From: an uncultured delta proteobacterium
GTDB taxonomy: Bacteria; Myxococcota; UBA727; VGSZ01
Assembly: GCA_963775425.1 (NCBI GenBank)
Contig: CAVZJB010000012.1
Location: forward strand, 64,001-128,000
Length of the DNA: 64,000 nt
Direction of reading: 5' to 3'
Shown here: positions 32,510-42,716 of the stretch, one piece after another
Layout of the letters: the number at the start of each line of letters is the position of its first letter
Numbering within the stretch: the first letter of the stretch is position 1
Translations under genes and position numbers: made by a program
Notes under the pieces: model-generated
The model's database searches: none
Told to the model about the DNA's origin: nothing
The model's input: the letters and a program-made list of their open reading frames with translations, nothing else

Positions 32510-35500
32510 GGCTCCCCCGCGCTCGCGGGGATGGACCCATCGTCGGTGCGCTCGACGACGAAGCGGTGACGGCTCCCCCGCGCTCGCGGGGATGGACCCT
32601 ATGCGGACAGACGAAGACGACGTCGACGGCAGGCTCCCCCGCGCTCGCGGGGATGGACCCCAGCGGGGGCCGCCGACGTGCTCATGATCTGGGCTCCCCC
32701 GCGCTCGCGGGGATGGACCCGTTCACGCAAGGTTGATCTCTAAACGGAGTCTGGCTCCCCCGCGCTCGCGGGGATGGACCCGACCGCGCGACGTGCGCGA
32801 TCCCGTCGGCCGTGGCTCCCCCGCGCTCGCGGGGATGGACCCCCTTTCGCGCTGATGAAGCCGGTGAAGAAGACGGCTCCCCCGCGCTCGCGGGGATGGA
32901 CCCTCAGGCGACCGCCCAGGCGGCCATCGAGGTACGGCTCCCCCGCGCTCGCGGGGATGGACCCGCGGGCCCCACGGCTGGCCGCTGTGGTCGTGGGCTC
33001 CCCCGCGCTCGCGGGGATGGACCCTGACGCTCTCGACGCCGTCGGGCTCCGCGAGCGGCTCCCCCGCGCTCGCGGGGATGGACCCGTCGCCGCATCGATG
33101 TCGATGTCGCTCACGGCGGCTCCCCCGCGCTCGCGGGGATGGACCCCACGCGCCGCGGAGGTCGAGGCGCGGGCGCGCGGCTCCCCCGCGCTCGCGGGGA
33201 TGGACCCATCGCCTATGGCACCTACGAGCTCAAAGGCGAGGCTCCCCCGCGCTCGCGGGGATGGACCTGCAGGGCATTGACCGAGGGCGTGCCCGTCGAG
33301 GGCTCCCCCGCGCTCGCGGGGATGGACCCGACGCTCTCGACGCGTCGGGCTCCGCGAGCGGCTCCCCCGCGCTCGCGGGGATGGACCCTGACGCTCTCGA
33401 CGCCGTCGGGCTCCGCGATCGGCTCCCCCGCGCTCGCGGGGATGGACCCCCAACCGTAGCCGCTCGACGGGTGGTGCGCTGGGCTCCCCCGCGCTCGCGG
33501 GGATGGACCCCTTCGGCTTCGACGGCCGGATCGCCGAAGTCCGGCTCCCCCGCGCTCGCGGGGATGGACCCCTCTACGGCGCGAACCTCTACGGCGCGAA
33601 CCTGGCTCCCCCGCGCTCGCGGGGATGGACCCGCTGCCACTTCGTCGCGGATGCCCTTGATGCCGGCTCCCCCGCGCTCGCGGGGATGGACCCCTCGTAT
33701 CGCGCAGCTTCGAGCTCACCGCCATGGCTCCCCCGCGCTCGCGGGGATGGACCCATCGGACGTGCCACTGCGGCGGTCCGAGTTGGCTCCCCCGCGCTCG
33801 CGGGGATGGACCCGCCGCAGGCGGAGGTGCTCGGGCCACGCGGAGGCTCCCCCGCGCTCGCGGGGATGGACCCATGGAGCCCAAGGTGTTCGTCGAGACG
33901 TTGCTGGGCTCCCCCGCGCTCGCGGGGATGGACCCGCCTTGCGATACTGGCGGGGCGCAATGATCGCGGCTCCCCCGCGCTCGCGGGGATGGACCCTCAT
34001 CGATGCAGGCCGACCGCTCGCAACGCCTGGTGGCTCCCCCGCGCTCGCGGGGATGGACCCTGCCTCGACGTCGGCGGGCGACCACGACGAGCGGCTCCCC
34101 CGCGCTCGCGGGGATGGACCCGACCACGGCATCCCGTTCTGCAGCGAGACGCCGGCTCCCCCGCGCTCGCGGGGATGGACCCGCGGCCGGCGACAAGCTC
34201 AAGGGCGTGCTGCGGGCTCCCCCGCGCTCGCGGGGATGGACCCAGGCCAGCCTGCTGCAGCCAGAGCGCCATCGGGCTCCCCCGCGCTCGCGGGGATGGA
34301 CCCGGCGCGCGACCTCGGGCCACGCCTCTGCCACGGCTCCCCCGCGCTCGCGGGGATGGACCCTCACCGTCAAGAGCGCGGGCGGCCTCGCGTCGGCTCC
34401 CCCGCGCTCGCGGGGATGGACCCTCATGACGTCCGTCCGCGCATAGCCGTCGAGGCCGGCTCCCCCGCGCTCGCGGGGATGGACCCGCGCGCGAGAGCTG
34501 CCCGCCACGGTCCCCATCGGCTCCCCCGCGCTCGCGGGGATGGACCCGATGACGGCAGCGAGGCGTGCGGCCGATTCCGAGGCTCCCCCGCGCTCGCGGG
34601 GATGGACCCAGCGGTACCGTCGGATCTCGTCGTCGCGCATCTGGCTCCCCCGCGCTCGCGGGGATGGACCCCGCGCGCCGCCGAGGTCGAGGCGCGGGCG
34701 CGCGGCTCCCCCGCGCTCGCGGGGATGGACCCTGCACCGCCTCAGTGGCCACCGTCCGACTCCTGGCTCCCCCGCGCTCGCGGGGATGGACCCGTGGGCG
34801 AGGCAAGCGTGAGGCATATGTGGCGCGGCTCCCCCGCGCTCGCGGGGATGGACCCTCGACGTCGAGGTGCTGGAAGCCGTCGACCACGGCTCCCCCGCGC
34901 TCGCGGGGATGGACCCACCGGCGAGGTCGCGGACTCGACGGGCACGCCGGCTCCCCCGCGCTCGCGGGGATGGACCCATCGACGAGCCCGCCGCCGATTC
35001 TGCTCGGGCTCCCCCGCGCTCGCGGGGATGGACCCCGCACGCCATTACGAGACCGAGGCCCGATTGTGGCTCCCCCGCGCTCGCGGGGATGGACCCCCCG
35101 CCCTCGACGGCATCAAGGTCCGATTCCGGGCTCCCCCGCGCTCGCGGGGATGGACCCCACTTCGGCACAATGACCGGTGGTCCCGCCTGCGGCTCCCCCG
35201 CGCTCGCGGGGATGGACCCTGACGCTCTCGACGGCGTCGGGCTCCGCGAGCGGCTCCCCCGCGCTCGCGGGGATGGACCCCGATTCGGCGATGTACCGGT
35301 GGCCATCCGAGTCAGGCTCCCCCGCGCTCGCGGGGATGGACCCCAGCAAGACGGAGCGCCCGCGACCAGACACCGGGCTCCCCCGCGCTCGCGGGGATGG
35401 ACCCTGCGTGGCATGCACGACATCCTCGGGATTGCGGGCTCCCCCGCGCTCGCGGGGATGGACCCTTCGTGGTGTGCGCGGCAGACGGCGCGCGAGTGGC

Positions 35501-38500
35501 TCCCCCGCGCTCGCGGGGATGGACCCCGCGTGTCGAGGATCTCCGGCACCGCCCGCGGGGCTCCCCCGCGCTCGCGGGGATGGACCCATCAGCGAGCACG
35601 TCGCGCTCGACGACGACGCGGCTCCCCCGCGCTCGCGGGGATGGACCCCATCCGAGCAAGTGGGCCGTCGGGGGCATGTAGGCTCCCCCGCGCTCGCGGG
35701 GATGGACCCGGCGCCTCCTCCATCCGCCGCGGCATGACGACGGCTCCCCCGCGCTCGCGGGGATGGACCCGCCTCGTGGAAGAGGTCACTCATGCTGTCG
35801 ACGGCTCCCCCGCGCTCGCGGGGATGGACCCGGGGTCGATGCGGCGCCAAGCCGCTGCATCTGATGGCTCCCCCGCGCTCGCGGGGATGGACCCGCGGTG
35901 TCCACGGTCGTCGACGCACCGCCAGGCTCCCCCGCGCTCGCGGGGATGGACCCCTCCTCGGCGTCAGCGATGCGCCTGGGCAGCGGGCTCCCCCGCGCTC
36001 GCGGGGATGGACCCACGACGACGTCGCCGACGGCATGCTCGAGCACGGCTCCCCCGCGCTCGCGGGGATGGACCCGCGAGGACGTCCTCGGGGCTGGCGT
36101 TCGCGATGGCTCCCCCGCGCTCGCGGGGATGGACCCAGCGCGGCGCCGTCCTGCGTGCACTTCTCGCTTGGCTCCCCCGCGCTCGCGGGGATGGACCCAC
36201 GCGCAGGCGCGCGTCTTCACGTGACGCAGGCTCCCCCGCGCTCGCGGGGATGGACCCGGTGCCGCTGCTACCCGGGCTCGACTCCGCGGCGGCTCCCCCG
36301 CGCTCGCGGGGATGGACCCGTTGCGGGGTCGCCCTCGAGCCGGCGCGGCGGGCTCCCCCGCGCTCGCGGGGATGGACCCGACGGCGCAGTCGACGGCCCG
36401 CCGTCGTCGCAGGCTCCCCCGCGCTCGCGGGGATGGACCCGCGCGTAGCCCCACACGTCGACGCGCTGCTGCGGCTCCCCCGCGCTCGCGGGGATGGACC
36501 CGCGGCGAGGGCCTCGTCGACGCCGATGTACGTCGGCTCCCCCGCGCTCGCGGGGATGGACCCGGCGACGGCAGTGGCGTCTGCGGCTCCCAGTGGGCTC
36601 CCCCGCGCTCGCGGGGATGGACCCCGGCGGCGACCCGCCTCGCGCGCGGTGTGCTGGGCTCCCCCGCGCTCGCGGGGATGGACCCCCGGGTGGCATGACT
36701 GCGAGCTACGCGCTAGGGGCTCCCCCGCGCTCGCGGGGATGGACCCCCACTGGAGATCGCGCCGATCATGTTGGCATCGGCTCCCCCGCGCTCGCGGGGA
36801 TGGACCCTATGAAGGCGGACCCTATGAAGGCGATCTTCTTGGCTCCCCCGCGCTCGCGGGGATGGACCCGTGATCACGATGAATCTCGAGGGCACCGCGC
36901 TGGCTCCCCCGCGCTCGCGGGGATGGACCCGTGTTGAGCGACGTGACAAAGGCTGTCACCGGGGCTCCCCCGCGCTCGCGGGGATGGACCCCTCGCCAAG
37001 CAAACGCGCTCTCGCGCTCGCGAGGCTCCCCCGCGCTCGCGGGGATGGACCCCTCGCCATGGAGGCTTCATGAACCCAGCACGTGGCTCCCCCGCGCTCG
37101 CGGGGATGGACCCCCGGAGCCGAGGAGCGGCGAGGCGGTGTTCAGGGCTCCCCCGCGCTCGCGGGGATGGACCCGCGCGCTCACCCGCGTACTCCGCGAT
37201 GTAGATGGCTCCCCCGCGCTCGCGGGGATGGACCCGGCGGCAAGGCGCCCAGCCTCGTCGACGATGGGGCTCCCCCGCGCTCGCGGGGATGGACCCCGAG
37301 TGCGCGCCGTGCTCAAGCGGGATCCAGTGGCTCCCCCGCGCTCGCGGGGATGGACCCACGTGCTGGTTACGTATTGGTCCTGCCCTTCGTGGCTCCCCCG
37401 CGCTCGCGGGGATGGACCCGCGACGCCCGAGGCGCCGCCACCGGCAGCTTCCGGCTCCCCCGCGCTCGCGGGGATGGACCCCTCGAGCGCCGTCGTAGAC
37501 TTCGCCTTGATGGGGCTCCCCCGCGCTCGCGGGGATGGACCCATGTCGAAGCTCCTTCGATCGGAGCAGCGGAAGGCTCCCCCGCGCTCGCGGGGATGGA
37601 CCCGCACAGGCGATCGCCGGCCTGGCCCCGCTCCTGGCTCCCCCGCGCTCGCGGGGATGGACCCAGTGGAGGGTACGGCGACACATGGATCTTCCCGGCT
37701 CCCCCGCGCTCGCGGGGATGGACCCGTCGAGCTCGATCCCGCGACGGTGGCCAAGCTGGCTCCCCCGCGCTCGCGGGGATGGACCCAAGGCGGCGCAGAT
37801 CGCGCACTCGCTCGCCCTGGCTCCCCCGCGCTCGCGGGGATGGACCCCACGCCCCACACCGGGATGCCGCAGCCGTTGGGGCTCCCCCGCGCTCGCGGGG
37901 ATGGACCCGAATCTCGGACCTTGAGCGAGCGATCTTTCGCGGCTCCCCCGCGCTCGCGGGGATGGACCCGCGCCCGCCGCGCCCGCGCCCGGCGGCATCG
38001 CGGCTCCCCCGCGCTCGCGGGGATGGACCCACATCCGGGGCAAGGCCCTCGTCGGTGCGGCGGCTCCCCCGCGCTCGCGGGGATGGACCCATCGTTTGCT
38101 TTCCCGACTGCGGCCTGATCGGGGCTCCCCCGCGCTCGCGGGGATGGACCCAGGGGCTCGCCGCGCAGAAGTTCGCGGAGGCGGGCTCCCCCGCGCTCGC
38201 GGGGATGGACCCTTCGCGCGCTTCTCGCGGAAGATCATCTCCGCGGCTCCCCCGCGCTCGCGGGGATGGACCCGTCCAGGTCGACCACTTCGACGCGAGC
38301 TCCGCGGCTCCCCCGCCCCCGAGCCCGCGAGCTCGCCGGTCACGACCGGGGCTCCCCCGCGCTCGCGGGGATGGACCCTTCGAGTCCGCGCTCTTCATGG
38401 TCGACCTCGGGGCTCCCCCGCGCTCGCGGGGATGGACCCGGAGCGACGAGCTGGCGAAGGAGCGGGACGCCGGCTCCCCCGCGCTCGCGGGGATGGACCC

Positions 38501-38926
38501 GTGGCCGGCCCCAACGCACGGGCCTGGGCGCCGGCTCCCCCGCGCTCGCGGGGATGGACCCAACGCCGCCGAGGCGCTTGGCCGCGTCCTTGAGGCTCCC
38601 CCGCGCTCGCGGGGATGGACCCTTCGCGGCCAGGTTGTCCGCGGTCGCCTGCGCGGCTCCCCCGCGCTCGCGGGGATGGACCCCCGACAGGGACGCCAAC
38701 GTCCGCGGCCATGTGGGCTCCCCCGCGCTCGCGGGGATGGCCCCCGGGGAAAGACCCGAGCGCATCGCCGGTCTGGGCTCCCCCGCGCTCGCGGGGATGG
38801 ACCCGCTGACCTCTTGGCCGCCGCCGGTGAGAAGCTGGCTCCCCCGCGCTCGCGGGGATGGACCCCCGAGCAGGCCGAGCCCGAGCCCGATGCGAATGGC
38901 TCCCCCGCGCTCGCGGGGATGGACCC
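32510..38926 (+). CRISPR. Type I-E CRISPR array, 29-bp repeat GGCTCCCCCGCGCTCGCGGGGATGGACCC, ~106 repeats / ~105 spacers (mostly 32 nt, range ~29-35)
   Basis: Hand-counted tandem repeats with ~61-bp period; CCCCGC/GCGGGG hairpin typical of I-E; adjacent to cas2. Confidence 0.99.
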
Positions 38927-39074
38927 GATCGAGCGTGTGTCCTCGGCGCTCGGCGTGACGCCGCTCCCGGAGATCCTTTCCCCGCTGCGCGTGAAGCGGA
39001 ATCAAGTCGTGAAGCCCGGCGAGCTCGAGAAGCACGTCGAGCTGCTCGCTCGGCGCGTCGGTGACGACGGCGCG

Positions 39075-39205
39075 ATGCGCCAGGCCGTCGCGGCCGGTGT
39101 ATCGGGAGCTCGTGTCGTGGTGCGAGACGTACTTGCGGATGGAGCTGCCGGGCTCGCTGTTGTTCGCGGCGGTGCGCTACCTCACGAACCACCAAGACGC
39201 GCTCA
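39075..39205 (+). pseudogene. IS66-family transposase (TnpC) fragment
   Basis: 'SRPVYRELVSWCETYLRMELPGSLLFAAVRYLTNHQDAL' resembles the IS66 'P.S.L..A..Y..N....L' segment. Confidence 0.6.
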
Positions 39206-39283
39206 TCGACCGCGACTCGACTCGCAAACCGACACGTCGCCGGCGCGACGCGGGGCGCCGTGATGCCCGCGCCCTCGTGCGGG

Positions 39284-39431
39284 CCGGCGCGAGCCGCGAG
39301 CGCGTCGTCGTTTGGTGCGCCCGGCGCTCGTTCGATCGCTCAGTTTCGGGACAGCACCTCGACATCGAGGCCGTACGGATTCCCTGGTCTCTCGCATAGC
39401 CTCGCGCGCACCAAACGCGGCGCGTTCGCGC
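39284..39431 (-). repeat. ~148-bp repeat, copy B (inverted relative to 21662..21807)
   Basis: Reverse complement matches copy A with about a dozen differences. Confidence 0.9.
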
Positions 39432-39816
39432 TCCCCTGCACGCCGTCCGGGCCGAGGCTCTACGGCGCGCGTCGAGGCGGTGCTCAGGATGGACCCCGCG
39501 TGCGCGCCCGGGGCGCGCGGCTCCAGCAGCGGGAGCGGGAACGGCGAGCGGGAGCGTGGACGGGCAGCGCGTGCGACTCGCGGTCACGGTCGCGATCCCC
39601 TCGCCGTGACCGTGTGCACGTGAGCCGCACGCGCTTGCCGTACAGTGCGCCAGGCAAAGCCTGGTCAAGGAGGATGCGATCCACTTCATTGACATGGATT
39701 GGTTGCGAGAGGCGTTCAGGCGCACCCTCGCAATCTAGAATCGAATCTCTCCACTCGCTCGACGCCCTACGTCGACGTCACAGTCGTTCGTCGTCGGCGC
39801 GCGCCGCAGCGTCGCC

Positions 39817-41013
39817 CTACGCCGGGCTCGCCCGCCGGGGCGCGCGCTCGAGGAACGCGAGGTGGACGACGAGCGACGGCACCGCCAGCGCGAGGAAGAC
39901 GATGGCCATCGTCGCGTCGGGCCGATGGTGCAGGACGCTGGTGGCGAGCGTGCTGAGCGACGCGATGCCCATCTGCAGCGCGCCGAGCATCGCCGACGCC
40001 GAGCCGGCGATGGTGCCGAAGGGCTTCATGGCCCCGGCGGTCACGCTCGGGACGATGAGGGCGATGCCGAAGAACACGAACATGATGGGGAACAGCGTCG
40101 TCCAGATGGTGAGCACGTGCGCCCACGCGGCCGCGCCGAGGGCGAGGGCGCCGACGATGACGGCGATGATGCCGAGCAACGACACGCGGTCCCCGGGCCA
40201 GCGCGCGGTGAGCCGCCCGCCCGCGAGGGAGCCGGCGGCGAACGCGCCGGCCACGCCGATGGCGATGAGCGCGAAGAAGAAGAACGAGAACATGTCGAGG
40301 GCGCGCGCGAGCGCCGGCGCCTCCGCGAGGCAGGCGTAGACGATGCCGACGGCGGCGCCGTTTTGCCACGCATAGACGCGAAAGTCGCGGTTGCCGAGGA
40401 GCGTGCGCGCGGTGCGCGCGAGGGTCGCCGGCTGTAACGCGGTCTCGTGCTTGTCGACGAGCGTCTCTTTGAAGCGCGCCCACACCAGCACGAGCATCAC
40501 GCCGCCGAGCACCAATACGGCGACCATGCTCGCGCGCCAGCCGACGTGGGGCCCGAGCAGGCCGCCGACGAACGGGCCGGCGCCGGGGGCGAGCGCGTAG
40601 GCGAGGTTGATGCGCGCGTACACACGGCCGCGCTCCTCGTCGGGCCACGCGTCGCGCACGGCGGCGAACACGATGACGCCGCCGGCGCACGCGCCCACGC
40701 CCTGGACCACGCGCGCCGCGAGCAGGAACGGCAGCGTCGGGCTCACGGCACACAGGAGCGATCCGAGCACCAGGAGAGACGCGCCCACGAGCATCACCGG
40801 CCGGCGGCCGTACTTGTCGGACAGCGGCCCGTAGAACAGTTGCGCCAGCGCGTAGCCCGCGAGGTACGTCGTCATCGTGAGCTGCACGGCCGAGTACGGC
40901 GCCCCGAACGCCTCGGCCATGCGCGGCAGCGCCGGCGTCACCTCGGTGTCGCCGAAGGGACCGACGGCGACCATCCATGCCAGCACGAACAGCGAAGGAC
41001 GGACGGTACGCAC
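39817..41013 (-). CDS. Bcr/CflA-family MFS drug efflux transporter
   Basis: 'PALP', 'QLFYGPLSDKYGRRPV', 'ARVVQGVG', 'AGSASAMLG'. Confidence 0.9.
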   Translation of the reverse strand: MRTVRPSLFVLAWMVAVGPFGDTEVTPALPRMAEAFGAPYSAVQLTMTTYLAGYALAQLFYGPLSDKYGRRPVMLVGASLLVLGSLLCAVSPTLPFLLAARVVQGVGACAGGVIVFAAVRDAWPDEERGRVYARINLAYALAPGAGPFVGGLLGPHVGWRASMVAVLVLGGVMLVLVWARFKETLVDKHETALQPATLARTARTLLGNRDFRVYAWQNGAAVGIVYACLAEAPALARALDMFSFFFFALIAIGVAGAFAAGSLAGGRLTARWPGDRVSLLGIIAVIVGALALGAAAWAHVLTIWTTLFPIMFVFFGIALIVPSVTAGAMKPFGTIAGSASAMLGALQMGIASLSTLATSVLHHRPDATMAIVFLALAVPSLVVHLAFLERAPRRASPA

Positions 41014-41103
41014 CCGGGGAGCCTGCCGTCTCCATGACGCGCGCGCCAGAGTCGGAGATGCCCACGAGGGACGGACCCGGCAGCGCGGTCCGTCGCCCGG
41101 CGA

Positions 41104-42552
41104 TCAGAAGTCGAGGTGGATGTGGTCCGTCTCGAAGTTGCGAGCGCCGCCGTGCTTGTTCGCGATGCGCTCGATCTCGGAGGCGCTGCCGACGTTCAGG
41201 TCCAGGTCGACGGCGGTGCCGCGGTAGTGGTTCGAGCCCGGCGAGTGCGAGCCGCCGGTCAGGGCGTTGATCTGGATGTGCCCGTGCTTCGCCATGTCCA
41301 CGAGCGCCTTCATCAACGACAGCTTGGGCTTCACGTGCCCGCCCGTGGCGGGGACGAACGCCTTCTCGCCGCGCGCGAGGCGCTCGATGTTCTTCCGGTC
41401 CGAGCCCGTCGACAGCCCCGACCAGAACGAGACGTTCTTCGAGTGGAGCAGGAACTGCGCGCAGCCCTTGACGGTGTTGGTCTTCGGCGCCCGCTTCGCC
41501 TTCCACGCCTTGCGGATGGACTTCAGCGTCGACGAGCCCACGCCGGAGCCGACGCCGCCGAGGTGCTTTCGGCGGCGAAACGCGTCCACGGCCTTCTGCG
41601 TGTTCTTGGTGTACTTGCCGTCGACGCTCCCCGGGTGAAAGCCGAGGTCCTTGAGCAGCTTCTCCGTCTTCTTCACGGCGTGGCTGTGCTCGCCGATCGT
41701 CTGCGGCGGGCTCGTGCCGTTCCTGGCCTCGAGCGTCGCCTTCTTGAGCTTGTTCCAGGTGTGCGTGTCCACCTCGCCGGTGACCGGCAGGCCGCTCCTG
41801 CGCTGGAATTGCTTCAGCGCGCCCGCGGTGCGCGCGTCGAACTTGCCGTCGGTGCTCTTGGGGTCGAAGCCGGCGGCGCGCAGGTGCTTTTGCACGATGG
41901 CGACGCTCTTGCCGTTGGTCCCGACACCGAAGCCACGCGACGCTTTCTGCGCCACGCGCCGGTCGTCGCGGGCGCGGGCGGCGGTCTTTTTGACGCGGGT
42001 GTGGAAGGGGTCGTGGTTGAGCTTCTTGTTCTCCTCGTCGAGGAGCTTGCGGCCCGCCTTGCCGATGAGCCCGCGGTTCACCTTCTTGCCCTCGTCGCGC
42101 TTGAAGGCGCGAACGGCGGAAGCGGTCTTGTTGTCGTAGACGCCGTCGGCGCGGCCGGCGTCGTAGCCGAGGCGCTCGAGCTGCTTCTCGGTCTTCGCGA
42201 TGCGCGCGCTGCGCTGACCAGGCGCCATCACGCCCTTCTTCTTGTCCTTGGCCGCCGTGCGCATGGCGTGGAGCGTGTGCGCGTCGAGGGCGCCTGTGGC
42301 GTGCAGGCCGGCCGCCTTCTGGAAGCTCTTCACCTCCTGCTCCGTGCGCGCCGTGAAGTGCTTGTCGGCGGCGCCGTGATGGAAGCCGAGCTCCTTCAAC
42401 AGCTTCTCGCCGGCCTTGGTGACGTTCTTTCCGTCGAACTGGTCCTGCAGGACCTCGAGCTGCGTCTGCAGGTCGTCCGCGCCGGGGACGGCGCCGGCGC
42501 CCGTCGAGGAGGTGCGCGCGGGGGCGGTGCTGTCGATGGAGCGGATGGGCAT
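41104..42552 (-). CDS. Peptidoglycan-binding repeat protein with C-terminal M15-like Zn peptidase domain
   Basis: Four PG_binding_1-like repeats (L..LG....DG.Y...T..AV..FQ); C-terminal 'SNHYRGTAVD...DHIHLDF'. Confidence 0.82.
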   Translation of the reverse strand: MPIRSIDSTAPARTSSTGAGAVPGADDLQTQLEVLQDQFDGKNVTKAGEKLLKELGFHHGAADKHFTARTEQEVKSFQKAAGLHATGALDAHTLHAMRTAAKDKKKGVMAPGQRSARIAKTEKQLERLGYDAGRADGVYDNKTASAVRAFKRDEGKKVNRGLIGKAGRKLLDEENKKLNHDPFHTRVKKTAARARDDRRVAQKASRGFGVGTNGKSVAIVQKHLRAAGFDPKSTDGKFDARTAGALKQFQRRSGLPVTGEVDTHTWNKLKKATLEARNGTSPPQTIGEHSHAVKKTEKLLKDLGFHPGSVDGKYTKNTQKAVDAFRRRKHLGGVGSGVGSSTLKSIRKAWKAKRAPKTNTVKGCAQFLLHSKNVSFWSGLSTGSDRKNIERLARGEKAFVPATGGHVKPKLSLMKALVDMAKHGHIQINALTGGSHSPGSNHYRGTAVDLDLNVGSASEIERIANKHGGARNFETDHIHLDF

Positions 42553-42716
42553 GGCGCGGCCTCGGGGTGCGTGTATGTGGGGCCTTATCGGGACGAGGAG
42601 GAGCCCGAGCCGTCGTCGGATCTGCGTCGGTTGGATGTCCGACGGGCCCTCCCACAGCCCGACGTCGTAGGCCGCTGGAACGACGTCACGCCGGCGCATC
42701 AGCCCGATAACGGGGC

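Noticed and set aside
35588-35619. Spacer partly resembling 10164-10182 (CACGTCGC.CTCGACGACG) as self-targeting
   Set aside because: Only ~18 nt of common high-GC codons match; the rest does not. A full self-target search could not be run.
32473-39263. Long ORFs across the CRISPR array (up to 775 aa)
   Set aside because: Translations of the stop-free repeat (GSPALAGMDP / APPRSRGWT), not genes.
39483-39497. GGATGGACCC as an orphan CRISPR repeat
   Set aside because: Only ~10 nt match and no hairpin half; compatible with chance.
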